Shown: in pieces, positions 35,701-44,840 of the stretch
How the letters are laid out: the number at the start of each line of letters is the position of its first letter
Numbering within the stretch: the first letter of the stretch is position 1
IMG/VR virus record: IMGVR_UViG_2706795377_000001
Coordinates: 1 to 52,359 of that record
DNA: 52,359 nt
Reading direction: 5' to 3' (one strand)
Origin: a virus
Taxonomy: Duplodnaviria; Heunggongvirae; Uroviricota; Caudoviricetes
Made by a program: the position numbers and the translations under genes
The notes under the pieces: generated by a model
Databases searched by the model: none
What the model saw: the letters and a program-made list of their open reading frames with translations, nothing else
What the model was told of the DNA's origin: nothing

Positions 35701-37349
35701 AAATCAGAAGAATTGAAGACCAGATAAAGTACGACACAAAAGAAGATGACTACGCTGGAAACATTAAGTACTTAAAAGAAATCGTAGGTCTTCGTAAAGG
35801 AGAAATTACTGACATCAAAGCCACACTCGCTGAACTTTATGCAATGAAAAATCGTCATAAAGACAATTTAGAGATAGTAGGAAAAATCAAAGATGAGATT
35901 GAACAGTGGGAAGATAAACTAAAAGATTCTCAATCTGCTGTCAAAGAGTTGAATAAGCGAATTAAAGATGTTTACGAAGAGCTTGCTGATAAAATGGTTG
36001 ACCTCTACAAAGAACAGCTTAAATTGATGCAGAAAGCCGAAGAAGACGCATATAAAGACATGATGGATGCGGAGCAGAAACGTCATGAACAACGAATCAA
36101 GAACATTGAAAAAGAGCTGAAAATCCTTGAAGATGCCTACAATAAACAAATGAAGATGATTGATAGAGAAGAGGCTACTCGCGATTATGAAAACGACACA
36201 AAGAAAATGGATGACGAAATCAAACAACTTCGTGAGCAAATCAATACATTATCTCTTGACGATTCTTATGAAGCAAAAGCTAAGAAGGCAGAACTTGTCA
36301 GACAGTTAACAGAAAAAGAAATGGAACTTGCGGAAGTACAACATGACAGAGAAGTTGATTTAAGAAAAAATAATCTTGAAGATGACTATGAAGCTGAGAA
36401 AGATAAGCTAGAAAAACGTAAAGAAGGATACGAGGACGATTTTAAAAATTGGAAAGCGATGGAAGAGAAAAAACAAGATGAACGTAAAAAGTATTGGGAA
36501 GACGAACTCAACAATGAGAAGAAATTCGCAGAACTAAGACAAGAGGTGCTTGATGGAAATTTTGAAGGGATGCTTGAAACAGTAGCAAACTGGTCTGAGA
36601 ATGTATCAAGTCATATGGGAGAATTGGGCGAAACGATTACTGAAAACTTTACTTATAAGGTAGAGCAAGCAATTGAAAGGCTCAAAGAACTATCAAGTAT
36701 GGGACTGCCATCTTATAACAGAGTTGTTGACAGCACAAACCCAACAAACCTTGATGGCGATAAACCAGAACATATTGAGAATCCAAAAGGCGAAGGAAAC
36801 CTAAGCGAATTATCATCATCAGAAACTAATATTGTTAAAAAAATGATGGGAAACAGTGATAAATGGCTTGATGCAACAGACCCGAAAAAGAAAGCTGAAC
36901 TGCACCAAAAGAATGTTGATTTATCTAAAGGTATCAGTGGAGCATATTATCAAAATGGAACTTGGTACAAAAATGGGAAAAAACTTTACAACCTTGTACC
37001 TTTTGACACTGGTGGTTATACAGGTGATTGGGAAGGGGACAAAGGTAAACTTGCAATTCTTCACAAGAAAGAGCTTGTCTTGAATGAACAACAAACCAAA
37101 CACATCCTTGATACTGCTCGTCTTTTCGAAAAAATTAAAAACATTACTCCAAATATTAATCTTAGTGGACTTCAAGAAATTATATCTCAGAAACAAAAGC
37201 AAGAAACAATTGTTCCTACGCCTATTGAACAAAACGAATATACACTTAACGTCAATATTGAGAGAATGAATGGCGATAAGAAGAGCGCAGATATTGTTGC
37301 TGGTCAAATTATCAATAATATTAAGCGTACTAAGGGAGGACGATTCTAA
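29763..37349 (+). CDS. Tail tape measure protein (about 2528 aa)
   Basis: TP901-like core (VDKAMTNLTKVT...TEFQKLGY...ANVGD), long coiled coils, C-terminal PFDTGGYTG...AILHKKELVLN. Confidence 0.93.
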   Translation: MEDFSILIGVDMSDAESKIESTIKSIGTKYPLKLQLEVSDGDLKNIQKLFKVLEHIDVDLGLEKDSKILKDMKQSIEKISKTDISNVGDELTDSLKEANKQSDALNKSFDNLMKKREAKNPKKSTTTEKTGNKFDNITVTTNNQTGKEELREHNRDFAGLADYQSKAIDKLSSFKNIDTKKVEELQNRIQKLNQMLESKDPAFQDELKDIQKLIKSYDALERQVVEEKQTQVRQTKEAIIWEKKLAEIRREGLSNPASVNALSRRVDALKNGNYKTNDDLEKHLQNINKQHAKVIGSRDENKFRRKAVNEGEKMKKKFDDNIDESLVGSKDFAQIQQNLKKIFSAETTVQLENAIKRAIELYDKLLQKQIDVARQNKMTKGLDEWSVKIDEIKSKGFVNESDFNAVRSMMAKLNTESKEFEANLKQIEQELNKVNFISNQRQGKNEKINVTKYQNNNKADDMLSNGLVPESMISDFKALNNMLDFASSKEDVAMINRELQKLVQLEGQIKNAGREEARIRELIAQAQRDSIKATDKYSDIIDSVVRKSNEQIADIQRKNEVEQEATRILQQINDLKNRSTQISYDEHRAIQQQIAELKRLQQAHKNVEAEEEARLNKIKQINEKFESVDYRSKRGFKDGSPEYDEIKRESNRIRGRKDNLSSLSGEDFKREAKEIEEEMNRLSTRASRLRDQERDRNASFFGQMQNAMKKVPIWVSAMSIFYGALSQVQQGFRYLLDVDKAMTNLTKVTEVSKGELEEFKATASQMGKELGVLASEVIKATTEFQKLGYNLEQASQLGQNSILYANVGDMGIEEASQALVSTIKGFGVEVDKQGNNVRKIVDMFNEVGNNFAVSSEGIGEALKRSSATLKEAGNSMAESIGLVTAANSTIQDPKIVGTALKTVSMRLRGVDEEGKVVATLIPEIQKTFDRINRDLGKNEGNGLNILKNGGKDFKSTYEIMKDIRDVWDELSDIERANLVEVMGGKHQGNIVASIISNWKDAENATNTAINSAGSASREFEAYMESFDYKIGQLKNALELFWTTLVDDDGAKNLIDTLTEIINTMTELVKVMGAEGVLGAFFGLLTLFNKGVRDALLLGGAVKGLGGAVKGLATTVMSFGKMALRFAGWIGLLVVVAEGIGKIVDMKNEEAKKRKENLDTIQKEITELENLKKSYENFDDKFKGGIDRYAQLENMGNNKTNEEYAEYIRMQEYIKNEMPQMISHYNEYGQAVLKSADQIKNLRIENEKLLASKKRDEFKFEMEDADFDELEKRMKEYQEHKDRVTASETSAKIRDMVKDYVKSDLEGLDRTSEEYRQKLITLNKMIEEEVGKLSENQQRLISFDMNSIATALMNHGDTNGIVKEIDFLEKSVGDRTKRMTEGMKQSKEEVRKSMTGFSDMLQKQLEITMREKGIGRNDNKFIFAEELKKSIENNFVELGGEIPDIINNFGTTFDIALKNMKNSGVDLTNMFKFDANTASATLKQIDDAIENLQNSGSANVNILIQVLEVFRAKHAELIQQVNNSVPHFDWVTNVYPVVDGFIGGIKDLDSAYRNLADGQELSIANTMEIVAKYPKLLNYLESENGALKLNANAIKEMAKIKEEEFKRDLQMKKEEAINAKNKAEAVIQAILSEAKATQLLADIKAKGAKQTADQLENYRFMARKMGEDDLVDEYAKQIDAVQKTGKQLEEVAKIDEQIANIEKLLNMDWTSKLGSITSSPKKKKKKELQDAIYVTDEYKKKMDELNASIAEQQRLQKLNAQYSGAYRYALNEEIKLTDKKRQAIEKQITALQKQVDNKKIQKTGLITLSKDDNKTARAKQAEIQQEIDQTIEKVNQLKQEYISVGETINSLRWSFLQSNVELYNIQREMLTDDISYQEYAMELYDESSDKYRTHAREKLKFVREQQEWNKQELDYLEREKAMNSALTDQQISELNHLIREKRKAIYEMAQTIDEVENAIINSHFEEKMAVYASESKKYADEIRRIEDQIKYDTKEDDYAGNIKYLKEIVGLRKGEITDIKATLAELYAMKNRHKDNLEIVGKIKDEIEQWEDKLKDSQSAVKELNKRIKDVYEELADKMVDLYKEQLKLMQKAEEDAYKDMMDAEQKRHEQRIKNIEKELKILEDAYNKQMKMIDREEATRDYENDTKKMDDEIKQLREQINTLSLDDSYEAKAKKAELVRQLTEKEMELAEVQHDREVDLRKNNLEDDYEAEKDKLEKRKEGYEDDFKNWKAMEEKKQDERKKYWEDELNNEKKFAELRQEVLDGNFEGMLETVANWSENVSSHMGELGETITENFTYKVEQAIERLKELSSMGLPSYNRVVDSTNPTNLDGDKPEHIENPKGEGNLSELSSSETNIVKKMMGNSDKWLDATDPKKKAELHQKNVDLSKGISGAYYQNGTWYKNGKKLYNLVPFDTGGYTGDWEGDKGKLAILHKKELVLNEQQTKHILDTARLFEKIKNITPNINLSGLQEIISQKQKQETIVPTPIEQNEYTLNVNIERMNGDKKSADIVAGQIINNIKRTKGGRF

Positions 37350-37939
37350 TGTTAGAGGGAGTTAATTTTTACTACGATGGTATCTATTCAGTTGACATGG
37401 GGGTTATCAACTGCCAAATTGATGGAGGGATGTTTGAAGAAGCATTCCTTCCTTCAAGAAAAATTGAAGAGGTATCTGTGAATGGACGAGTCAAGCCCTA
37501 CTTTCAAAACGTAGGGCTTGAACCTCTTGAATTTGAAATGACATTTGCATTTGAGTTTGGCTATGACGAAAGACGATTGAGAGAGGTTGCACGATGGCTT
37601 CATCAAGACTACTATAAGCCTTTTTATACAATCGACAATCCAAATCGAATCTTTTATGTCATGGCAGAAGGCGATTCAAAATTGGTTCATAATGGAGGCA
37701 AGCAAGGGTACATAACACTCAAAATGAGGTGCGATAGTGCTTATAGTTACACTCCAAAGTTCACCAAAGAAAATATGAAGTTTGAAGGCACAAAACCAAC
37801 AAAAACTATTGCGGAAAACACTTTTAGTAGTGGGATGGGTCAAATGGAAAATATCGAAATTATAGGTAATCAGCTTACAGTAAAAAAGTATGCTACAACT
37901 TGGCATGCATTTGCAGGGAAGAAATGGAGTGATTTGTAA
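37349..37939 (+). CDS. Distal tail protein (Dit), N-terminal part
   Basis: TAATG-coupled to the tape measure gene; F.YDG..S.DMG...PLEF...RWL.QDYYKP...RIFY...GYITL.MRCDS.YSY.P. Confidence 0.8.
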   Translation: MLEGVNFYYDGIYSVDMGVINCQIDGGMFEEAFLPSRKIEEVSVNGRVKPYFQNVGLEPLEFEMTFAFEFGYDERRLREVARWLHQDYYKPFYTIDNPNRIFYVMAEGDSKLVHNGGKQGYITLKMRCDSAYSYTPKFTKENMKFEGTKPTKTIAENTFSSGMGQMENIEIIGNQLTVKKYATTWHAFAGKKWSDL

Positions 37940-38826
37940 TGATTCTAACGCATAGATTGAGCCTAATTATGCCTCAAGTATCTGATAAGGTGCAAGATAC
38001 AATCGACTGGTTAGCGCAAAACTTCCAAGCCCTTGACGACAGTTACGATGAAATTATTTCGGATTTAGATTCCAATCTTAATATTGGTACAGCATATCAG
38101 GTAGGGAAAAAGTACTGGAATAAATCAGTTCACTTAGGTGGCTTTGTCGGATGGGTCAATACAAGAACAGGTGTATTTGCTCCTACATGGAAGTCTCAAA
38201 AAACTTACAAAGCAGGAGATGCTGTGACAGCAGTAGATGACAATGGTCACTACTTTGAATGTGTTGTTGGAGGAACAAGTTGCGTTAATCATCCTGCCCT
38301 ATCTACTGTATCAGGAGACACTACTTACGATATTAATGGACATTCAAAATGGACAGAATCATATGTATACAGCTTAAATGATGTTGTAATTGCAAGTGAT
38401 GGCAACATGTCTTATTACTACAAATGTATTATTGAAGGAACCTCATCTACCAAAGAGCCAGTTTGGAATAACGTAGAAGGTACTACTATTATTGACGGTA
38501 GTGTTCACTGGTATGTTTATAAAACTGTTCAGTGGAAAGAAAAAGGTGTTAGTTGTAATTTTATTCCGTTTGGGAATATTGGTATAGATGCAAAAACAAA
38601 TGGATATACAGCTAAATTCGTTCAGAGCATTGGGGATGGCACTTCTACGTCTATTGCTGTAACGCACAACCTTGGAACACAGGACGTTTTGGTAATGATT
38701 CGTGAAGCAGATTCCCCATATTCTAAAGTTGATGCTGATATTCGAGTTTCTGATAATAATAGCATCCTTATCAACTTTGCAGTCGCCCCTACCAAGAATC
38801 AATATCGAGTAGTAATTGTGGGATGA
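37939..38826 (+). CDS. Tail protein with two CBM5/12-like repeats and a C-terminal beta domain
   Basis: TWKSQKTYKAGDAV...YFECVVGGTS and KWTESYVYSLNDVV...YYKCIIEGTS; IGDG...VTHNLGTQDV. Confidence 0.7.
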   Translation: MILTHRLSLIMPQVSDKVQDTIDWLAQNFQALDDSYDEIISDLDSNLNIGTAYQVGKKYWNKSVHLGGFVGWVNTRTGVFAPTWKSQKTYKAGDAVTAVDDNGHYFECVVGGTSCVNHPALSTVSGDTTYDINGHSKWTESYVYSLNDVVIASDGNMSYYYKCIIEGTSSTKEPVWNNVEGTTIIDGSVHWYVYKTVQWKEKGVSCNFIPFGNIGIDAKTNGYTAKFVQSIGDGTSTSIAVTHNLGTQDVLVMIREADSPYSKVDADIRVSDNNSILINFAVAPTKNQYRVVIVG

Positions 38827-38832
38827 TAAATT

Positions 38833-38858
38833 AGGCTACCTTAGTAGGTAGCCTTTAT
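38833..38858 (+). terminator. Hairpin, probable terminator inside the split Dit locus
   Basis: AGGCTACCT-TAGT-AGGTAGCCT followed by an AT/T-rich tail. Confidence 0.6.
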
Positions 38859-38882
38859 TACTTTTACAAGGAGGTTGACTAC

Positions 38883-39521
38883 ATGACCACTTGGGCTGAA
38901 TTATATAAAATGAAAGGTACTTACATTTCTCAAGTATATGATGTTTCCTCAAATTTTGAAACCTACTTCGATAGGTTTCTTTATTACTATGATACAAATG
39001 ACGGAACAGTAGATGTATATTTGAGAATATCGTTTGATGGATACAATTGGCAGGATTGGATTAATATTAATAATCAAGCCTATGAAGATTTATTTAGAGA
39101 TGAGTTTTATAATCTTGAATACTGTAAACTTCAATATAAAGTTGTAATGGTAAACGAGGGTGACATCAGTCCAGTATTCAAAGAATTTTCCATAACTTTG
39201 ATGGGTTCTTATATGGTATGTAATAGTGGAGATGTAATCTGTAAACCAGAACTTTGGATTACCAAGAGAAATGGTAGTGGAACAGTAAAGCTTACTAATG
39301 AAAGCAATGGACAGACTTTAATACTCGAAAATCTTAATAACAATGAAGAGGTTTACATTGATTGCGAGAATGAAGATATCGTTAGTAATCTGCCATTAAC
39401 TTATAGATATAATGCTCATAATAATGTGTTTTTGGAATTTGAAGTTGGAGAAAATTTGCTTACAGGGGAAGGTGATTTTGACCTTGTAATGCGATTCGAG
39501 TTCAAGACCCTACAAGGATAA
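38883..39521 (+). CDS. Protein carrying the Dit C-terminal domain
   Basis: NSGDVICKPELWI...LTNESNG...IDCENE...FLEFEVGENLL. Confidence 0.7.
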   Translation: MTTWAELYKMKGTYISQVYDVSSNFETYFDRFLYYYDTNDGTVDVYLRISFDGYNWQDWININNQAYEDLFRDEFYNLEYCKLQYKVVMVNEGDISPVFKEFSITLMGSYMVCNSGDVICKPELWITKRNGSGTVKLTNESNGQTLILENLNNNEEVYIDCENEDIVSNLPLTYRYNAHNNVFLEFEVGENLLTGEGDFDLVMRFEFKTLQG

Positions 39522-39539
39522 AAATGGAGGTGCTTCTTG

Positions 39540-42500
39540 ATGGTAGCACGATTAGGAGAAATTGATTTTAAGAAAAAGCCCGTTAAACCACAATTGTTTC
39601 TGTGTAAGCCAAACAGACAAATCATTTCAAAAATGAATGAAGCCTACAATATTAATTATAGTCAGAAGTTAGGCGCGTTGAATGAACTGACATTTAGACT
39701 TCCTGTTTTTATTGACAAGCATCACACAATTGATAGAAATGAGAATGCAGATATTATTAAGGGAAGATTTTTGGTTAAGTTGGTTCTAAATAAATATGAG
39801 GAATATTTCATAGTCAACCAACTTAAAAAAATAGGGAAAGACGATGGCGAATTTATTGATGTTAGCTCTCTATCTTTGGGTTTTGAATTAAATGACAAAA
39901 TCATTCGTGATTATGAAGTGGAATCAAAGACAGCAACTCAACTTCTTAACGACATTTTTATTAATACAATTTGGTCTATTGGCTACGTTGACTCTGAATT
40001 TGACTTAAAGTATAGAGGGTTAAAAGTATCATCTAATACAGTTTTAGAACTTGTATTTGAGATTGCAAAAACGTTTAACGCATTGGTTGTTTGGGACACA
40101 TTGCAACGTAAGGTAAGTTTTACAAGACCAGAGAACACAGGTCAAGATAAAGGATTCCGAATTAAATATGGGAAGTATTTAGAGGGATTGAACCAAGAAG
40201 ACAATGCAGAAGAAGTTATTACTCGACTAAAGTTATATGGGAAAGAAAACATCAGTATTCATGGAGTCAATCCAACAGGTACATCATACATTGAAGATTT
40301 TCAGTATTACATGTATCCATACAAGGAAGTAAAAAATTCCGATATTCAAAAAATAACTTCAAATGAAATAATGACCACATGGTTTGGCGACAAGCAGGAT
40401 TGGATGGAACAAAACGGAAAAATGAAGCTATTCTATGCTAGACCATCTCAATCTATTATTTACAACAAAAATGCTTTATTTAATAAAAATTATAGAATCA
40501 ATGCTACATTTCGCACGCACATTGACGATAATGTTTTTGGTGTGATTGTGAGATATCAAGACAATCTTAACTACTATTATGTTGGATACAACTCAGGAAG
40601 AGTAGATGGTGGTCTTGGATGGGGAGAAAACAACGTTCGTATTTACAAGGTTATCAATGGTGTTCATACACTAATAGCTCAAACAGACAGAATTGCTGGA
40701 TGGAGTCAAAACAATGATTATAATATTGGTGTTGAAGCTAGCAATGATACTATTACAGTTTTCATTGAAAATAATCTTGTATTAAGTGTCAGAGACAATA
40801 GTTTGGCAAGTGGTGCTTATGGATTCTATGGTCAAAATCAAGTCTTCACTGTTGGCAATGTAGAAATCGTTCATAAAGAGTACACAGTACTCGAACACAG
40901 TGATTTTATGTCTGATGAACTATGTCATGCTATTATTGCCTACAATGATTTGCTTCAAGCTAATAAAGATAAATTTGAACAGTTTAGAGGCAAGAAGGAA
41001 GCGTTTGATGGAATCCTCGATGTTAAAAATAAGGAACTTAAAGAATTGCAAACACAACACAAGATTCTTCTTGATGAACGCGATATGCTCAATACTCGAA
41101 TTGCACAGATGGAAGACGTTGTTGACCATACAGATAACCAACACGAAGATACCTCAATAGTAGAAGCAGATTTGCAAGCTTTGAAGAATGAACTAGATGT
41201 TAAACTCTTAGAAATAAAAGCAAAGGAAGCTGAAATTAGTCAGAAGGAAGCTGAGATAATCATCGAAGAACAGAATCGTCAAGGTGTTGACAATGAAATC
41301 TTAGCTTTAAAAAATCTTTTGAGCGTTACAAACAACTTCACCAAAGAGCTTCTCGAAGAAAGGAATCAGTATGAGATTGAAAAGGAATGGCAAGACAACA
41401 ATATTATAGACCCAAAAGATTTGTTGCAAGCAGGTATTAAAGTATTTAATGAATATAGACAACAAAAGATTACTTTAAAAATTGATGTTGTTAACTTCCT
41501 TGGAATGATAACCGAACAACGAAATTGGGACAAGTTGGGATTGGGTGATACGATTAACATTGAACATGAAAGATTAAAAGTTCTATTCAAAGCAAAATTG
41601 ACAGAAATCGAATACGATTTTGAGGATGATTCTATCAATATCACCATTAGCAACGTAAAAGACGCATATGCGAATAAAGATAAGTTATATGAGATGCTAT
41701 ATAAGTCTTATAACTCTTCGACTCAAATTACTATCGACTCTTGGAAATGGGATTTGTCACTAGAAAACAAAGGCTCTATCAACCAAATCATAAACAACAT
41801 TTGGGATGCGAATAAACAAGCAATTGTGGGTGCAAAAGACCAAGTTATTGAGATTTCGGATAGAGGTTTAATTATCCGCGACCCAAAAGACCCTAATAAC
41901 TATCTAGTTGGCATCAACTCAATGATTGCAATAACTAATGATGGCGGTAATACATGGAAACACGCCATCACATCCACAGGTATTGTAGGGGAACGTATCT
42001 ACGGGAAGGTCATTATGGGTGTCAATTTAGCTATTGAGGATGAACATGGCATCGTTAAATGGCAAGGCTCGAAGGGTGAAATTTTTGATAGAAACGGAAA
42101 GCTGGTAATGAATCTTGGATTAGTGTCTGAGAACCCTGATTGTTTTGGCATGATGGCTTTTAATGACATTACAAGGGTCAAGGTTACTGATTGTGAGGGC
42201 TTTGCTATCGAACGTGCAAATCGTTCCAGACCTGATGGCTGGGAGAAGATAATGTGGGCTGACCAGAGCGACGGTACGCTTTATACGCATGACCTTGTTG
42301 CTGAGAATATTAAGATTGTTAACGATGTTGGAGAATTGATTCTAGATGCTGAAAATCACTATCTCAACATTGGAGATTTTAACAATATTGTAATGGATGG
42401 AAAGCTTACTACAATGGAGAAAATCACTATTATTCAAGAATTGTATAAAATCCATTCTGGTTACAAACGTATGCTAGAGCAAGCTGAAAAATATAGACGC

Positions 42501-44372
42501 TCTACTAGAGATGACACTGTAAATATAGATTCCCAATTTCTTTCTAGCACCCCAAGTACTATTGACAGACTTTCTACAGCACCACTTATGAACGCTTATC
42601 TCGCCTTGATTGAATATATGAAACAGTATGTTAAGGTCAAGTCTATAGACCCATTAGAGATTGATGTGAATGACCCACTTACTGAGCAAACAAGCGAAAT
42701 CCCTGACAGAGCAACTTTCATCTTGAAATTCAAAACCTACTATGATGAAGAGAAAAAACTAAGAAACGCAATTGAAGACTCGATGTTCTATACTGGACTT
42801 AATATGGGCAAATTTTACAATAATGTTGTTATTGGTAACTTTGGCTTCATTGCTTTAAGAAATGATGGCAAGTACAGAGCTTACCTTAATGCAACAAATG
42901 GACTAGCATTGCAGAAATGGGAAAGTGGAAGATGGGTAAACAAAGTATATGCTTCTCTTGGCAACAGAGAGTATCCAGATGGGACACTTATTGCAGAAGA
43001 CCTTGTTGCAAAACGATTGAGAATAGAAACTAAGTTTGGTGATGTTTTGCTGGACTTTGATTCATTGAATCTTGACTTTACAGTGCTTGATAGTATTGTT
43101 TTGGACGATGTAATTATGTCTCCTGAGAAAATCACCTTGCTCAATCAATTCAAGAGTATTACACAACAATACAATACGCTAAAACAGCAAATTTCTAAGT
43201 ACGCAACCACTATATATAATGACAGAGATTCTACTTATTTCGGATTAGATACAGCTAAAAATAATCTTGTGACCGCAGGGGATGAATTGGATACGTCCTA
43301 CAATGAGCTAAAGACTTACTTGAATCCTGTCTTCGCAGACATGAATGCGAAAACCCATGTCGTTAATGATTTGCACTCTAGTAGATATGAGTTTCATATG
43401 AAATGGGAAACCTTCTACAAGAAATATGAAAATGCTAGGTCAAAACTAGCAGACTTCTTAGAAAAGAGTTCATTGCAGTTAGGGAGAAACTATAATAACA
43501 CTGTAATTGATGCACAAAATGGTATTGTTGTAACAAGAGGTAACATCAAAAATCGAACTACCCTAAACGCTACAGAAGGTATCAAAATTGAGCGTAATGA
43601 TGGTACTGCTGGTTCACCACGTTGGACAAAGGTCTTCTACGTTGATTTAGAAGGCAACTTATTTGCAGAAGACATCACTACTAAAGGATTAAAAATCGTT
43701 AGCGCTAATCTTGGAGACTCAATTGAGTTCGATGCTACTAAAGGTATCACTATTAGGGGCGATAATGGAGTTGTAATAAGGCTAAATAAAAAAGATGGCA
43801 TAAAAATTGATGTATTTAATGACCCAAGGTTCTGGATTGCTCCTGACGGAACGTTGAGAGCAAAGAAATTAATTATCAGTACTGATATGGAAGCACCAGT
43901 GGAACTGCCAGATGGCTCATTTATTTCTCAATTAACTGTATCATCAGTGAGAACGCTAGAAAACAATAATGCACAAGATTACGTTTGGGTTAAAGACCAA
44001 TTCATCAGGTTCATTTCTGGCGATGGCTCTGGTTCTGACCAAGAAAAAATGGCTATCTATCTTGAGTCTTCTACAGGAAGCATGAACGGAATCCCTGTCA
44101 TCAAGATGGGTGATGGTTCTGGTAATGGTAATGAAGTAGGTTACATTAGAAAGGATGAAAATGGTTTTCATTTCCTATACAAAGCCTCTGGTGGATACGA
44201 TAGAAACATTGTAATGCCAGCCACAGGTTCAGATGGTGTAATTCTTACGTCTATGGGCGCGAGTATTAGGCTTACTTCTGATAATACAATCAGACTCGAA
44301 GTTGGCTCAAGCTATCTTGAAGTTTCAACATCTGGAATTAAGATGGTTGGTTCTCGAATTGATATTAACTAA
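39540..44372 (+). CDS. Tal/baseplate hub fused to lectin-like insert, coiled coil and C-terminal beta-spike (about 1610 aa)
   Basis: Prophage Tal N-terminus (ITRLKLYGKENISI..VNPTG.SYIEDF); ConA-like insert; C-terminus SIRLTSDNTIRLEVGSSYLEVSTSGIKMVGSRIDIN. Confidence 0.85.
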   Translation: MVARLGEIDFKKKPVKPQLFLCKPNRQIISKMNEAYNINYSQKLGALNELTFRLPVFIDKHHTIDRNENADIIKGRFLVKLVLNKYEEYFIVNQLKKIGKDDGEFIDVSSLSLGFELNDKIIRDYEVESKTATQLLNDIFINTIWSIGYVDSEFDLKYRGLKVSSNTVLELVFEIAKTFNALVVWDTLQRKVSFTRPENTGQDKGFRIKYGKYLEGLNQEDNAEEVITRLKLYGKENISIHGVNPTGTSYIEDFQYYMYPYKEVKNSDIQKITSNEIMTTWFGDKQDWMEQNGKMKLFYARPSQSIIYNKNALFNKNYRINATFRTHIDDNVFGVIVRYQDNLNYYYVGYNSGRVDGGLGWGENNVRIYKVINGVHTLIAQTDRIAGWSQNNDYNIGVEASNDTITVFIENNLVLSVRDNSLASGAYGFYGQNQVFTVGNVEIVHKEYTVLEHSDFMSDELCHAIIAYNDLLQANKDKFEQFRGKKEAFDGILDVKNKELKELQTQHKILLDERDMLNTRIAQMEDVVDHTDNQHEDTSIVEADLQALKNELDVKLLEIKAKEAEISQKEAEIIIEEQNRQGVDNEILALKNLLSVTNNFTKELLEERNQYEIEKEWQDNNIIDPKDLLQAGIKVFNEYRQQKITLKIDVVNFLGMITEQRNWDKLGLGDTINIEHERLKVLFKAKLTEIEYDFEDDSINITISNVKDAYANKDKLYEMLYKSYNSSTQITIDSWKWDLSLENKGSINQIINNIWDANKQAIVGAKDQVIEISDRGLIIRDPKDPNNYLVGINSMIAITNDGGNTWKHAITSTGIVGERIYGKVIMGVNLAIEDEHGIVKWQGSKGEIFDRNGKLVMNLGLVSENPDCFGMMAFNDITRVKVTDCEGFAIERANRSRPDGWEKIMWADQSDGTLYTHDLVAENIKIVNDVGELILDAENHYLNIGDFNNIVMDGKLTTMEKITIIQELYKIHSGYKRMLEQAEKYRRSTRDDTVNIDSQFLSSTPSTIDRLSTAPLMNAYLALIEYMKQYVKVKSIDPLEIDVNDPLTEQTSEIPDRATFILKFKTYYDEEKKLRNAIEDSMFYTGLNMGKFYNNVVIGNFGFIALRNDGKYRAYLNATNGLALQKWESGRWVNKVYASLGNREYPDGTLIAEDLVAKRLRIETKFGDVLLDFDSLNLDFTVLDSIVLDDVIMSPEKITLLNQFKSITQQYNTLKQQISKYATTIYNDRDSTYFGLDTAKNNLVTAGDELDTSYNELKTYLNPVFADMNAKTHVVNDLHSSRYEFHMKWETFYKKYENARSKLADFLEKSSLQLGRNYNNTVIDAQNGIVVTRGNIKNRTTLNATEGIKIERNDGTAGSPRWTKVFYVDLEGNLFAEDITTKGLKIVSANLGDSIEFDATKGITIRGDNGVVIRLNKKDGIKIDVFNDPRFWIAPDGTLRAKKLIISTDMEAPVELPDGSFISQLTVSSVRTLENNNAQDYVWVKDQFIRFISGDGSGSDQEKMAIYLESSTGSMNGIPVIKMGDGSGNGNEVGYIRKDENGFHFLYKASGGYDRNIVMPATGSDGVILTSMGASIRLTSDNTIRLEVGSSYLEVSTSGIKMVGSRIDIN

Positions 44373-44384
44373 GAGGTGATATTA

Positions 44385-44822
44385 ATGCCAGCAATTGCGT
44401 TCAACGGAAGTAAAACTAATGATGTTGTTACCAACGATATTAGCTACAGACAATGGAACCCATGTAAAACACGAGTTTGTGATGACAAAGGGAATTGTTG
44501 GTGCGTTGGTGGATGGGACAGCTATAGTGGCGGTTCCTCCACTATCTCTGGCACTGTTGTTGCAACATCATCCAATGTTTTTATTAATGGAAAACCTATT
44601 GCAAAACAAGGTGATGATGTAACAGAAACGGAACGCCCAAATGTGAATGGTGAACCAATCGCAAATCACACAGGGGGTACAGGGAAAGTTACTATAGGTA
44701 ATTCTCGAAATGTATACTCAGGTGGTCAGTCTGTAGCAATCGTAGGGAGTCAAGTAAAAACACACTCGACTCCCTACACTACTGTTAAAGATGGTTCAAG
44801 TAATGTTTTTATTGGTGGTTGA
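44385..44822 (+). CDS. PAAR-repeat spike-tip protein
   Basis: MPAIAFNGS..., SSNVFINGKPIAKQGD, GNSRNVYSGGQSVAIVGS, GSSNVFIGG. Confidence 0.85.
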   Translation: MPAIAFNGSKTNDVVTNDISYRQWNPCKTRVCDDKGNCWCVGGWDSYSGGSSTISGTVVATSSNVFINGKPIAKQGDDVTETERPNVNGEPIANHTGGTGKVTIGNSRNVYSGGQSVAIVGSQVKTHSTPYTTVKDGSSNVFIGG

Positions 44823-44840
44823 TTTTAAGGAGGTGAAATA

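Noticed and set aside
13261-44622. Many antisense or alternate-frame ORFs over long genes (e.g. 13261..13722, 19380..19958, 32843..33274)
   Set aside because: Shadows of well-supported genes; no RBS or recognisable motifs
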